DNA of 64,000 nt from the NCBI GenBank assembly GCA_963762055.1, contig CAVXJF010000012.1:47695-111694 (forward strand). Direction: 5' to 3'. Below are positions 46,632 to 57,170 of the stretch, one piece after another. Origin of the DNA: Vicinamibacterales bacterium (GTDB taxonomy: Bacteria > Acidobacteriota > Vicinamibacteria > Vicinamibacterales > JAMQPK01). The notes under the pieces were generated by a model, which was not told where the DNA came from, did not search any database, and was given only the letters and a program-made list of their open reading frames with translations. Numbering within the stretch: the first letter of the stretch is position 1; every line of letters begins with the position of its first letter. Both the position numbers and the translations under genes were made by a program.

Positions 46632-48536
46632 ATGCGCCGCACACACTTCATCCTGATTGCCGTAGCTGTCGCGGCCCTCGCGAGCCGGGCGGCGCTCTTT
46701 GGCGCCGGCCCATCGTTCCACCCCGACGCCACGTTCAAAGGATCCAACCTCACCGGATGGCACTCCGTCGGAGGGGCCGCGTGGCGTGCCGATAACGGCG
46801 AGATCGTCGGGACGCCGCAGCAGCCGGAAGGCGGGTGGCTGATGCTCGATCGGTCGTATCAGGACGTCGGTTTCTACGCATCGTTCCAATGTGCACCGGG
46901 ATGCAGGACCGGCGTGATGCTTCGTGCCGAAAAGACCGCGGGCGGGACGAAGGGGATCTATATGGCGTTGACCGATGGAGACCTCGGCGTTTATCGGGTG
47001 ACGCTCGACCAGCACGGCAAGATGCTCACGAGAGAGCCGCTCCGGTTCGTCGGCGGACAAGTGCGCATCGCTCCTCCTCCCGATCCGAATGCACCAGCCA
47101 GAGGCGGCGGTCCTGCCCGAGGCGCGGCGCCGGCTGTGAAACTCCCGCTGTCGGCGCCCGACACCAGTCTCAAGCCCGGCGAGTGGAACCAGATCGAAAT
47201 CTATCTCGATGGAACGGTCATCAGGCCCCTGCTCAATGGCGGCAACGCACGGACGGGCGCTGCCGATATCGACGCGGGAAACTTCGGGCCGGTGGCCCTC
47301 TACGTCGGCGGCGCCGGGACCGTCCGATTCAAGGATATCGCGTACACGGATTTGAGTATCAAGACCAGGGCAGTTGAGGAAGTCTCGAAACATTTCACGC
47401 TGCAACGGTTGAGCGACTTCTACTATTCATGGGGCGCGGGCGCGGCCGACATCAATCACGACAACGTGCTCGATGTCGTTTCAGGCCCGCACGTGTTTTA
47501 CGGCCCCGATTACAGGAAGCGCAGTGAAATCTACCTGCAGCTCACCACCAATCCTTCCGACACATTCGCCACCGACGCCTGGATGCAGTTTGTCAGCGAT
47601 TTCACCGGCGACGGGTGGGCTGACGCGGTGAACTGCAGTTTTTCCGGCGACGTGGGGTGCACGTTGTACGTCAATCCGAAAGGCGAGCCGCGGCGGTGGG
47701 ACAAACATCTGGTCGTGCCGGCCTACCAAACTGAAATCGGGCTGTTGCGCGACGTGGACGGCGACGGGCGTCCGGAGATCGTATACGGCGCCGAAGGGCA
47801 ACTGCGTTACGCGAAACCCGATCCCGCAAACCCGACCGGGACCTGGCTCGTTCGCAATGTCTCGGAGCGCGGCTACGCGACGGCCCACGGGCTCGGCACA
47901 GGGGACGTGAACGGAGACGGCCGGATCGACATTCTCAACCCATTCGGATGGTGGGAGCAGCCACCCGCGGCCAGCGACGCGCCATGGCCCTATCATCCGC
48001 AGGCGTTCGCCTGGTACAAGCGCGGGATGGGTGGAAGCGTCATGGCCGTCTACGACGTGAACGGCGACAAGTTGAATGATGTGGTCACGGTGCTCGCCTC
48101 GCACGGGTGGGGGCTGGGGTGGTTCGAGCAGAAGCGCGACGCGCAGGGCAACATCTCCTTCGAGCGGCACATCATCATGGATGACCCGTCGGCGAAGAAT
48201 GCCGGCGGCGTCACCTTCTCTCAGCCACACGGATCGAGCTTCGGCGATGTCGATGGCGACGGCGTGACCGACTTCATCGTCGGCAAGCGGTTCTGGTCGC
48301 ACAGCGATTCGTATCTCGATCCCGAGCCGTACGCACCGGCGGTGCTCTATTGGTATCGAACCGTCAGGAACCCGAAGGCACCTGGCGGCGCGGAGTTCAT
48401 TCCAGAGCTGGTTCACAACCACTCCGGAACCGGTTCGGACGTCCTCCCGGTCGACCTGAACCGCGATGGGCGGCTCGACATCGTGACGGCGACGCGATTC
48501 GGAACGTTCATCTTCTGGGGACAGACCCGCAAATGA
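46632..48536 (+). CDS. DUF1080 (3-keto-disaccharide hydrolase-like) plus FG-GAP/VCBS repeat protein
   Basis: NLTGW...W..DNGEIVG, EWNQIEI, VRFKDI; repeats DINHDNVLD, DFTGDGWAD, DVDGDGRPE, DVNGDGRID, DLNRDGRLD. Confidence 0.85.
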   Translation: MRRTHFILIAVAVAALASRAALFGAGPSFHPDATFKGSNLTGWHSVGGAAWRADNGEIVGTPQQPEGGWLMLDRSYQDVGFYASFQCAPGCRTGVMLRAEKTAGGTKGIYMALTDGDLGVYRVTLDQHGKMLTREPLRFVGGQVRIAPPPDPNAPARGGGPARGAAPAVKLPLSAPDTSLKPGEWNQIEIYLDGTVIRPLLNGGNARTGAADIDAGNFGPVALYVGGAGTVRFKDIAYTDLSIKTRAVEEVSKHFTLQRLSDFYYSWGAGAADINHDNVLDVVSGPHVFYGPDYRKRSEIYLQLTTNPSDTFATDAWMQFVSDFTGDGWADAVNCSFSGDVGCTLYVNPKGEPRRWDKHLVVPAYQTEIGLLRDVDGDGRPEIVYGAEGQLRYAKPDPANPTGTWLVRNVSERGYATAHGLGTGDVNGDGRIDILNPFGWWEQPPAASDAPWPYHPQAFAWYKRGMGGSVMAVYDVNGDKLNDVVTVLASHGWGLGWFEQKRDAQGNISFERHIIMDDPSAKNAGGVTFSQPHGSSFGDVDGDGVTDFIVGKRFWSHSDSYLDPEPYAPAVLYWYRTVRNPKAPGGAEFIPELVHNHSGTGSDVLPVDLNRDGRLDIVTATRFGTFIFWGQTRK

Positions 48537-48595
48537 GCGGCTAAACACCGTCGCACGCTCTCGACGGCGATGCGCATCGATGCAGGAGGTTAGCT

Positions 48596-51500
48596 ATGTA
48601 TCGCATTGCGAACGTTGCCTTGATGGTTGTTGTAGTGCTGGCCGCGATAAGCCCAGCACATGCCCAGTCAACTGCCCAGATTAGCGGTACGGTCACGGAC
48701 AGGTCCGGTTCGGTGATTCCGGGCGCGACGGTGGTGATCACCAACGAAAGCACTTCGATTCAGACGACTGCCGTCTCCGGCGCGGTAGGGAATTACACAG
48801 CACTGTTCCTTCAGCCTGGAACCTACCGTATAGATGTGTCACTTGATGGCTTTCAACCCATAAGGCGGAGTGGCATCCAGCTACAGGTCGCGCAAGCGGC
48901 GCAACTCAATTTTCAATTGGAAGTCGGCACGCTCAATGAAACGGTCACGGTTGTTCAGACAGCTCCGCTGCTTGACGCCTCGACCAATGCCATGGGAGGT
49001 GTCGTCTCAACGGACCAAATCGAAAACCTCCCCGTCAAAGGCCGGAATTCGAATGCCTTCATGGTGCTGGCGCCCGGTGTCCGCGTGCCGAGAGTGACCC
49101 TGAATCAACCGGTGCTCGAGAGCCATTTCCAATTTTTCTCGATCAACGGGGCGAATCCCCGGCAGAACGCGTTTGTGCTGGATGGAGGCAACAACAACGA
49201 CGTTGGCTTCAACGGTCCCGAATACAGTCCTCAGGTCGACTCCGTTCAGGAAATGAGGGTGCAGACCAACAACTACAGCGCCGAATACGCGAACGTCGCC
49301 GGCGGCGTCATCAACGTTGTGACCAAGAGCGGGACCAACCAGTTTCACGGAAGCGGCTTCGAATACCTTCGCGACCATCACTTACAGACCAACAGCTATT
49401 TCAACAAGCGAGACGGCCTGGAGAAGTCCCCCATGCAAATAAACCAGTTTGGCGGGACGCTCGGCGGGCCGATTCGGAGAAACAAAACGTTCTTCTTCTT
49501 CGGTTTCGAAGCAAGCAGGATACAACTGCCCGCAGGAGGATCGACCACCGCCGCAGGTCTGCCAACTGTTATCACGGTCCCAACCGAAAGGCAGAAGGCT
49601 GGAGATTTTTCACAAACGTTTGACAGCACCGGCGCCCTCGTCAGGATCTACGATCCATCGACCACCAGGCCGGACCCGAACAATCCCGGGAGATACCTCC
49701 GGGATGCGTTCCCAGGCAACATCATTCCGGCGAACCGAATCAATCCGATCGCAGCCTCCTCCCAGAAGTACTACCCGCTTCCGCTGAACGCTGGTGATCC
49801 GAGGACCGGGCTGAACAATTTCCCGTTCACTGGTACTCAGCCCCAGACCAATAATGATTTCTCGATCCGTGCGGACCACCAGTTCAATCCGTCGACCTCG
49901 CTTATGGGAAGATATTCCCATTCCATCGTCAACATAACGCTGCCGTTCGTCTTTCCTGACGAGAACATCGCTGACCCATACAATTCGAGCACCGACCAGG
50001 ATCACGTCTCGGCGGTGATCAAATTGACCAAGTCGTTTTCTCCGACCATGTTTGGCGAATTCCTGGTGTCGTGGAACCTGTTTACCTACTCCCGCTACTC
50101 GGCATCAGCCGGCGAGGTGGATCCCACGGACCTGGGATTTCCCGGATATGTCGCGTCGAGTGCCTCTGTCATTGGTTTTCCTCAGATGATCATCGAGGGA
50201 ATGGGGACCGGGGGATTGTCAAACTCGCTCGGCTTCTACTACGCCGAAGACGACCTCTACGATCGGCCGGGGGCCAAAGTCAACATGACGAAGGTCAGCG
50301 GCCGCCATACGCTGAAGTTTGGAGGACTGATCGATTTTCCGCGACTCAACAGCATCAAATTCAGTAACAACACCGGTTCCTATACCTTCGGCAAGAGCTT
50401 CACGCAAGGACCGGATCCGCTTCTAAGCGGACCGCAGTCGGGACTTGGGTTTGCGACGTTCCTGTTGGGAACACCGACCGCCGGAACGTATCGTCCGACT
50501 ACCGGCGACACCGCCACGATTGTGAAATACGTTGGCGCCCATTTTCAGGACGACATCAAATTAACCGATCGCCTCACCATCAACGCGGGCATTCGCTGGG
50601 ATTACGAGGTTCCACGGACAGAGCGCTATGACCGGTCGCTCAATTGGGACTTCACGAATACAGCGAGGCTCTCGAATGGGGCGGAAGTTCGTGGAGGCGT
50701 GGCATTCCCAGGTGTCGACGGTGTGTCGAGACACTTTTGGAATGGCGACAAGACCAACTTCTCGCCCAGAGCAGGTTTCGCCTACAGTCTGACCGATGCC
50801 ACGGTGCTCCGCGGCGGTTACGGCATCTTCTATGGGAATAGCCTGGGCGGTGGACCGGGTATTCCAAACGCGCCGTTTGTCTGTTCCACGCCCGTCACCG
50901 CCAGTCTCGATGGCGGCTTCACACCCGCCACAACGATCTCCGATCCATTTCCGAGCGGGTTCTGCACGCCAAGTGAGAGTTCGAACGGGATCGCGACCAA
51001 CCTCGGACAGGCGATCACCTTCATCGACCGGGTTCACAAGGTTCTCTACACACAGAACTGGAATCTCAACGTGCAGCGGCTGCTGCCGATGAATCTGGTG
51101 GCGGAAGTCGCCTACACAGGAACCAGGGGCTACAACATTCCTGGCAATACGTCAGTTAACCAACTCGATCCGAAGTACCTGAGTCTGGGATCGCAATTGA
51201 ATACTCTTGTCCCGAACCCGTATTACGGTGTCATCATCCAGGGACCGCTGTCCGGTCCCACCATTACAAGGGCGCAGTCTCTTCTCCCGTTTCCGCAGTA
51301 CTTGAATGTGACGAACCTTGGCAACACCTATGGGACGTCGAAGTACCACGCGCTGTACGCAAGGCTGGAGCGGCGCTTTGCTAAAGGCTTCAGTGTGGCG
51401 GGCGCTTACACGTTATCCAAAAGCATGGACAACGTCGGCCAGGGTTTCCCGGGGGAATCGTTCTCTGGAGGGGCTGTCCAGAATTTCTATGATCTCGACG

Positions 51501-52072
51501 GCGAATGGGCGATATCAAACTTCAACACGCCGCACACGCTGACCATCAGTTCCGTTGTTGAACTGCCATTCGGCCCAGGCAAGCGTTTCTTCACTGACGG
51601 AACCGCGGCCAAGGTTCTCGGCGGGTGGCAGGTTAACGGAATTGCACTGTTCCAGTCTGGTGCGCCGCTGCAAATCACCGGTGGAAATCCCAGCGCGCTG
51701 AATGCTGGTACACAGCGACCCAATTGGGATGGTCGCAACCCGACGCGGAGCGGAGACGTCACCGATCGCCTGGGACAATATTTTGATACGTCCGCGTTTT
51801 CGTTCAACGCTCCGTTTACGTTCGGGAATGCTCCGCGAATCATGCCGAATCTGTACGGACCGGGCGCGCTGAACGTCGATATCTCGCTCTTCAAGAACGC
51901 CCAGATCAGCGAGCAATTTCAACTGCAGTTCCGAGCCGAGGCTTTCAACGTCTTCAACCGGGTCCAGTTTGCGAATCCGGCGACAAACATCAACCAGAGT
52001 ACGTTTGGACGCATCACCGCGCAGGCCAATTTCCCCAGAGATATTCAACTCGCGATCAAGCTGTTGTTCTGA
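48596..52072 (+). CDS. TonB-dependent receptor, acidobacterial type
   Basis: RBS AGGAGG; ISGTVTDRSGSVIPGA, INVVTKSGTNQFHGS, FSPRAGFAY, QFRAEAFNVFNRVQF, QLAIKLLF. Confidence 0.94.
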   Translation: MYRIANVALMVVVVLAAISPAHAQSTAQISGTVTDRSGSVIPGATVVITNESTSIQTTAVSGAVGNYTALFLQPGTYRIDVSLDGFQPIRRSGIQLQVAQAAQLNFQLEVGTLNETVTVVQTAPLLDASTNAMGGVVSTDQIENLPVKGRNSNAFMVLAPGVRVPRVTLNQPVLESHFQFFSINGANPRQNAFVLDGGNNNDVGFNGPEYSPQVDSVQEMRVQTNNYSAEYANVAGGVINVVTKSGTNQFHGSGFEYLRDHHLQTNSYFNKRDGLEKSPMQINQFGGTLGGPIRRNKTFFFFGFEASRIQLPAGGSTTAAGLPTVITVPTERQKAGDFSQTFDSTGALVRIYDPSTTRPDPNNPGRYLRDAFPGNIIPANRINPIAASSQKYYPLPLNAGDPRTGLNNFPFTGTQPQTNNDFSIRADHQFNPSTSLMGRYSHSIVNITLPFVFPDENIADPYNSSTDQDHVSAVIKLTKSFSPTMFGEFLVSWNLFTYSRYSASAGEVDPTDLGFPGYVASSASVIGFPQMIIEGMGTGGLSNSLGFYYAEDDLYDRPGAKVNMTKVSGRHTLKFGGLIDFPRLNSIKFSNNTGSYTFGKSFTQGPDPLLSGPQSGLGFATFLLGTPTAGTYRPTTGDTATIVKYVGAHFQDDIKLTDRLTINAGIRWDYEVPRTERYDRSLNWDFTNTARLSNGAEVRGGVAFPGVDGVSRHFWNGDKTNFSPRAGFAYSLTDATVLRGGYGIFYGNSLGGGPGIPNAPFVCSTPVTASLDGGFTPATTISDPFPSGFCTPSESSNGIATNLGQAITFIDRVHKVLYTQNWNLNVQRLLPMNLVAEVAYTGTRGYNIPGNTSVNQLDPKYLSLGSQLNTLVPNPYYGVIIQGPLSGPTITRAQSLLPFPQYLNVTNLGNTYGTSKYHALYARLERRFAKGFSVAGAYTLSKSMDNVGQGFPGESFSGGAVQNFYDLDGEWAISNFNTPHTLTISSVVELPFGPGKRFFTDGTAAKVLGGWQVNGIALFQSGAPLQITGGNPSALNAGTQRPNWDGRNPTRSGDVTDRLGQYFDTSAFSFNAPFTFGNAPRIMPNLYGPGALNVDISLFKNAQISEQFQLQFRAEAFNVFNRVQFANPATNINQSTFGRITAQANFPRDIQLAIKLLF

Positions 52073-52156
52073 TCATCGAGCGGAGGAATGTGACAACGAG
52101 ACGGAGCCCGGGTCTCGGTGGTGTGGTTCACGAGTACGTCCTGGCGGCGTGACCAG

Positions 52157-54145
52157 TCAGGGCGCCGTGTACGCGATCAGCTCCGCAGGGTAATCCGGCC
52201 CGCTAATGGCGAGCACGATGTACTGCTTGCCGTTCAGCATGTAGCTCATCGGGTTGCCCGTCTGCGGGGCGGGCATGGTCAGATTGGCGACTTCCCGTCC
52301 CGTCGCCTTGTCGTACGCGTACAGCTTCGCGAATCGCTGACCTGACGGCGGCGTCGTGAATCCTCTCTCCCCCGAGACGATCAGCGTCTTCGTCGTCAGG
52401 GTTCCGATCGGGCCAATCCGGCCGGTCCGCGGAATCGTGACCCCTTTCAGCATCGGGTGATTGGTCACCGCGTCGAGGGTCTCACCGTGCGGCACCTGCC
52501 ACACCATTTCTCCCGTCTTGAGATCGATGGCGGTGATGCGTCCCCATGGCGGTTTGACAAACGGCAGTCCCTGAACCGTAATCGCGCACGGCATCAGGTT
52601 GCAGCCGGGGGCGCCCCCTCCCCCGACGCCGGTATCGCCTCCACCGCCGGTATTGATGAAATCCATGTCCGACCGCTTGGGATCGTTTGCGAGGATGAGC
52701 AGGCGCGTCAGCGTATTCGAGTACACATACAGGATTCCCGTTTCCGGATCGTATGAGCCTCCGGGCCAGTTGGCGCCGTTCGCGATGTACGCCGTCCCGA
52801 TCTTGCCGCCTTCGCCGCGCGGGACGGGTGGGGTGAAGAGCGGACCCAATTTGATGTTCGACGCGACCTTTTTCGCCTCAGCAAGCAGCTCTGGAGTGAA
52901 GTCGATCAGATCCTTTTCCTGAACGCCTTGAAGCTCGAACGGCGGAGGTTTCGTCGGGAACGGCTGCGTCGGTGAATACCATTCGCCCGGCACGGTGCCC
53001 TTCTCAACGGGCTTCTCGACAATGGGCCACACGGGTTGTCCGGTCTGGCGATCGAAGACGTAGAGGAAGCCCTGCTTGCTCGGTACTGCGGCGATCTTCC
53101 TGGGTTTGCCGTCTATCGTGACGTCCGCCAGGATGGGCGCGCAGGGGAGATCGAAATCCCAGATGCCGTGGTGGACGAACTGAAAGTGCCACTTCCGTTT
53201 TCCTGTGTACAGGTCGACTGCCACCAGCGACTCTGTGAACAGGTTGTTGCCAGGACGGTGGCCGCCGTAGTAATCGCCGGTAGAAAGCTCGATCGGCATG
53301 TACACGGTCTCGAGTTCTGCGTCCACCGAGAAGGGCCCCCACATGCCGGTGTTACCCGAATACGACCAGGAGTCGTTCTCCCAGCTCTCGTTGCCGAACT
53401 CTCCCGGCTGCGGAATGGTGTGGAAGATCCACAACCGCTTTCCGGTCTTCACATCGAAGCCGCGGATATATCCTTTCGCGTTCGTCCGGCTGCGCGGCGC
53501 AGCCCCGCCCCGATGGGCGGCTCCGACGATCACTACGTCTTTGGCGACGATGGGCCCGGTGTTCAAGCCAATCTCGCCGGTGATCGGATCGAGCACCTGA
53601 TCGTTGTTCTGCTTGAGATCGAGGATGCCGTTCTGGCCGAACGTGCGGACCGGAAGCCCGGTCTTCGCTTCGAGCGCGACGAGCTGATACCCGAACGTCA
53701 CCATGAAGATGCGCTCGTCGCCTTTTCCGTCCGTCCAGTACGCCACACCTCGTCCCGACAGCAGGCGCGGGGCTGCCGCGGCGCGCTTCCCTTCGTCGAT
53801 CCGGAACATCCACAGCAGCTCGCCAGTCGCGGCATCGATGGCGACGGCGTCGCGTCTCGATCCGACCGTGGCATAAAGCACGCCGTTGATCATCAGCGGG
53901 GTCGTCTGAAGGTTGTAATCCGGGCGGACGCCGAAGACATCCGTCTTGAATCGCCAGGCGACCTGCAGCTTGCTGAAGTTCCCGGCGTTGATTTGATCGT
54001 GCGGGACGTAGCGCGTGCTTCCCAGATCGCCGCCGTAGGTGCGCCACTCTCCGCCCTGGGTGCCCGTCTGACCGTAGGCGACCGCCGTGGCGCACATCAA
54101 CGCGAAGGTGAGCGTGAGCTTGAACCTCGGAACTCTACCCAGCAT
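52157..54145 (-). CDS. PQQ-dependent glucose/quinate dehydrogenase family protein (periplasmic)
   Basis: EWRTYGGD..STRY, QTTPL, GFDVKTGKRLW, HHGIWDFD, PPWGRITAIDL, PMSYMLNGKQYI; RBS GAGGAG before ATG 54145. Confidence 0.92.
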   Translation of the reverse strand: MLGRVPRFKLTLTFALMCATAVAYGQTGTQGGEWRTYGGDLGSTRYVPHDQINAGNFSKLQVAWRFKTDVFGVRPDYNLQTTPLMINGVLYATVGSRRDAVAIDAATGELLWMFRIDEGKRAAAAPRLLSGRGVAYWTDGKGDERIFMVTFGYQLVALEAKTGLPVRTFGQNGILDLKQNNDQVLDPITGEIGLNTGPIVAKDVVIVGAAHRGGAAPRSRTNAKGYIRGFDVKTGKRLWIFHTIPQPGEFGNESWENDSWSYSGNTGMWGPFSVDAELETVYMPIELSTGDYYGGHRPGNNLFTESLVAVDLYTGKRKWHFQFVHHGIWDFDLPCAPILADVTIDGKPRKIAAVPSKQGFLYVFDRQTGQPVWPIVEKPVEKGTVPGEWYSPTQPFPTKPPPFELQGVQEKDLIDFTPELLAEAKKVASNIKLGPLFTPPVPRGEGGKIGTAYIANGANWPGGSYDPETGILYVYSNTLTRLLILANDPKRSDMDFINTGGGGDTGVGGGGAPGCNLMPCAITVQGLPFVKPPWGRITAIDLKTGEMVWQVPHGETLDAVTNHPMLKGVTIPRTGRIGPIGTLTTKTLIVSGERGFTTPPSGQRFAKLYAYDKATGREVANLTMPAPQTGNPMSYMLNGKQYIVLAISGPDYPAELIAYTAP

Positions 54146-54646
54146 GACGGTACTCCTCATGGGTCAATTACGGCCTGCAGCGCAAGACACGTCATCGCGA
54201 TGAGCGCGGCGCCCGTCACTATTGCGCGGCAACGCAGGAGGTGCGTGTTCATTGCGGCAGACCTGCGATGTCGGTTCGCAGCTTGTAGAGCGTCTTGCCG
54301 GACACGGCAGGTGCTGGCATGACCAGCCCGCACCAGAGCGCCGTGCTCAAGACTCTCGCCATCAGGTGAGCGTGGTTCGAGAGCATGTTACATCCGGCAC
54401 CGAAGCGGCTGTACGACATTCTGTTCCCATCGGGCGGTCGTCGCCGCGACGGTTCCGCCGGCGCGCATCGAAGTAGTCAAGGAGTCGTCTGGCCTCTTCT
54501 TCTTCTTCCGCCGGTTGGCCGGCCGAATTGCCGGGCACGTGCGGGCCTTTTTTGGGGGGAAATGCTGCCAGACGCCCCCAGTAAAGGAACTCTTGTCAGA
54601 AGGGGTGTAACTCTGGCAAAGTTGACCCAAATTCCTAGGAGCTCAT

Positions 54647-57139
54647 ATGGCAGATAAGAAACTCGTCGGTGAGAACTATTCGACGCCGGAGCTGCGCGCA
54701 AAAGTGACAGGCCGCGCGAAATACGCGGAAGACTATCGCGCCGAAGGGATGCTGTTTGCGCGGCTGCTGTTGAGCCCGTACGCGCACGCCCGGATCAGGA
54801 GCATCGACGCGAGCGCCGCGCTGGCGATGCCCGGCGTGAAGGCCATTCTGACGGGGGACGACGTGCCCGGGCCCAAAGATCAGATCAACGACAACGGGAC
54901 GATCATCAGGGCCAATCCTCGCAGCGAAACGGCGCTCGCCAACGAAGCGATGTATCAGGGTCAGCCGGTGCTCGCCGTGTGCGCCGTCAGTGAGTTCGTC
55001 GCTGCCGAAGCGATCGAACGCATCAAGATTAAGTGGGAGCCGCTGCCGTTCAACGTCGATCCCGTGGCGTCGCTGGTGCCGGGCGCGCAGAATCCGCGCG
55101 TTGAAGGCAACGTCTGGAAACGCCCCGGGCCACCCGCCCAGGGACAGCCGCCTGGCATTCCCGAGCCGATCGACGTGAAGTGGAACGAGGCTGAGGTAGA
55201 GGAATACAGGCAAGGCCGGTTGCCGGTCACCACGTTCACCGATCCCGAATGGAAGCTCGGCGACGTCGAAGAAGGTTTCAAGAAGGCGGCGCTGATCCTC
55301 GAGGACACATTCGTGAGCGCGAACGTCAGCCATCAGTGCCTCGAGTCGCGGACGGCGATGGCCTACTGGCAGAACGGCAAGCTGCATATCCACACTTCCA
55401 CGCAGGGCGTGGCGCAGGCGGTCTTTTCGTTCGTGCGGTGGCTCGAACTGAAGCCGGAAGACATCGTCCTTGTGAACGCATACACGGGCGGCGGCTACGG
55501 CTCGAAGGGCGGCGGATCGATCACCGACATCATTCCCGCGCTGCTATCCAAGAAACTCGGCGGCGCGCCGGTGATGATGCGTATCAGCCGTGAAGAGGAA
55601 CATGCGATCGGCCGCGCCCGCCCGGCGATGCACAGCCGCGTGAAGGTGGGTTTCACGAAAGAAGGCCGCGTGACCGCGGTGGATCTGTTTACCGTGACCG
55701 AAGGCGGCCCGTTCGGTCCCGGCGGCGATGGCAATACGGCGAGCGGCTACGCGTCTTTGATGTATCAGCCGGAAACGTTCCGTTACCGCGGCATCACCGC
55801 GATCACGAACACGCCGCCGCGCGGCGCGCTCACCCAGCCGGGCGGCTTTCAAGGTTGCCTGATTATGGATGAGATCGTCGACAAAGCGGCGCGCAAGCTG
55901 GGCATCGATCAGGTGGCGATCCGCAAGCTGAACGCGCCGGAAGGGAAGGCGAAGTACGGGCCGGCCGACGCTAAAGGCCAACGCGGCTACGTGACAAGCT
56001 GTTTCATCAAGGAAGCGCTGGACAAGGGCGCGGCGCGGTTCAACTGGAACGAGCGTGTCGCGCGTGGCGTGCAGCGCAACGGGTCGAAGGTGCGCGGCAT
56101 CGGCGTCGGCATCAGCTCGTATAGCGGCGGCTCAGTCGGTTTCGACGGTCTCTTCATCATCCAGCCGGACGGCAACATGCGCGTCCATACTGGAATCGGC
56201 AATCTCGGCACCGAATCGTTCTCCGACTGCCAGCGCGTGGCGGCGGAGATGGTCGGCGTGCCGTGGGAGAAAGTCGAGATCGTCTGGGGCGATACGTCCC
56301 TGCACCTGCCGTGGAGCTGCAACTCGGGCGGCAGCCAGACGATACACGCGCATACGCGCACGGCGCACGCGGCTGCGATAGACGCGATCACCAAGCTGCA
56401 GCAGATCGCCGCCAAGGATCTCGGCGGGAGACCCGAGGACTACGAAGTGGGCGGCGAGCGCGTCTACCGGAAGGGCGGCGGTCGCGGGATGACGCTTGCG
56501 CAGGCGGCCAAGCGCGCCATCGAGCTCGGAGGCATGTACGACGGCCACGAGTTGCCCAAAGACATCAATGCGATGACGACCCGCTCCGCGACGGCTCTGG
56601 CCGGGCAGGGGCTCATGGGTGTTGCGAAGGACAATTACAAGCGCGACGGAACGACCCGGTCCTTCTCTGCCGCGTTTGCGGAAGTCGAAGTCGACATCGA
56701 AACCGGAAAATATACGGTCACGGAGTTTCTCTCCGTGGCCGACGTCGGCGTCGTGATTCACCCGACGGCGCTCGGCGGCCAGGTGCTGGGCCGTTCGAAT
56801 CTCGGCATCGCTCATGCGATTGGTCACCGGTGGGTCTACGACCAGCGGTACGGAGTGGGGCTGGCGAGGCGGTTTTACAACAACAGCCCTCCGACGATTC
56901 TCGATATACCGCTGAACACCGCGTGGGACTCCGTCAACTTGCCCGATCCGGAAACGCCGGTTGGCGCGCGAGGCATCGGCGAACCCCCGGTGGCGTCCGC
57001 TTGCAGTGCGGTGCTGAACGCGATTGCCGGCGCGCTCGGCGACGAGGTGTTCGTCCGCTCGCCGGTTATGTTGGATCACATCGTCAGAGCGCTCGAGACA
57101 AAGAGGCCGGGGCAATTCCCGCTCACGGCCAACGTGTAG
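54647..57139 (+). CDS. Xanthine dehydrogenase family molybdopterin-binding subunit
   Basis: KVTGRAKY, SPYAHARI, HQCLESR, GGGYGSK, RGALTQPG, GIGNLGT, DVGVVIHP..LGGQ, GARGIGEPP. Confidence 0.92.
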   Translation: MADKKLVGENYSTPELRAKVTGRAKYAEDYRAEGMLFARLLLSPYAHARIRSIDASAALAMPGVKAILTGDDVPGPKDQINDNGTIIRANPRSETALANEAMYQGQPVLAVCAVSEFVAAEAIERIKIKWEPLPFNVDPVASLVPGAQNPRVEGNVWKRPGPPAQGQPPGIPEPIDVKWNEAEVEEYRQGRLPVTTFTDPEWKLGDVEEGFKKAALILEDTFVSANVSHQCLESRTAMAYWQNGKLHIHTSTQGVAQAVFSFVRWLELKPEDIVLVNAYTGGGYGSKGGGSITDIIPALLSKKLGGAPVMMRISREEEHAIGRARPAMHSRVKVGFTKEGRVTAVDLFTVTEGGPFGPGGDGNTASGYASLMYQPETFRYRGITAITNTPPRGALTQPGGFQGCLIMDEIVDKAARKLGIDQVAIRKLNAPEGKAKYGPADAKGQRGYVTSCFIKEALDKGAARFNWNERVARGVQRNGSKVRGIGVGISSYSGGSVGFDGLFIIQPDGNMRVHTGIGNLGTESFSDCQRVAAEMVGVPWEKVEIVWGDTSLHLPWSCNSGGSQTIHAHTRTAHAAAIDAITKLQQIAAKDLGGRPEDYEVGGERVYRKGGGRGMTLAQAAKRAIELGGMYDGHELPKDINAMTTRSATALAGQGLMGVAKDNYKRDGTTRSFSAAFAEVEVDIETGKYTVTEFLSVADVGVVIHPTALGGQVLGRSNLGIAHAIGHRWVYDQRYGVGLARRFYNNSPPTILDIPLNTAWDSVNLPDPETPVGARGIGEPPVASACSAVLNAIAGALGDEVFVRSPVMLDHIVRALETKRPGQFPLTANV

Positions 57140-57170
57140 GACGCTCCGCGTCGGTCAGGTGGCACAAGGG

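Noticed and set aside
48568-48583. Overlapping palindromes CGATGCGCATCG and GCATCGATGC before the last TBDR
   Set aside because: Short and GC-rich, no second copy found; could be chance
54360-54640. tRNA (GGTTCGA at ~54384), Moco riboswitch or IS end upstream of the Mo subunit
   Set aside because: No T-stem or acceptor-stem pairing, no Moco-motif elements recognised, no terminal inverted repeat or transposase
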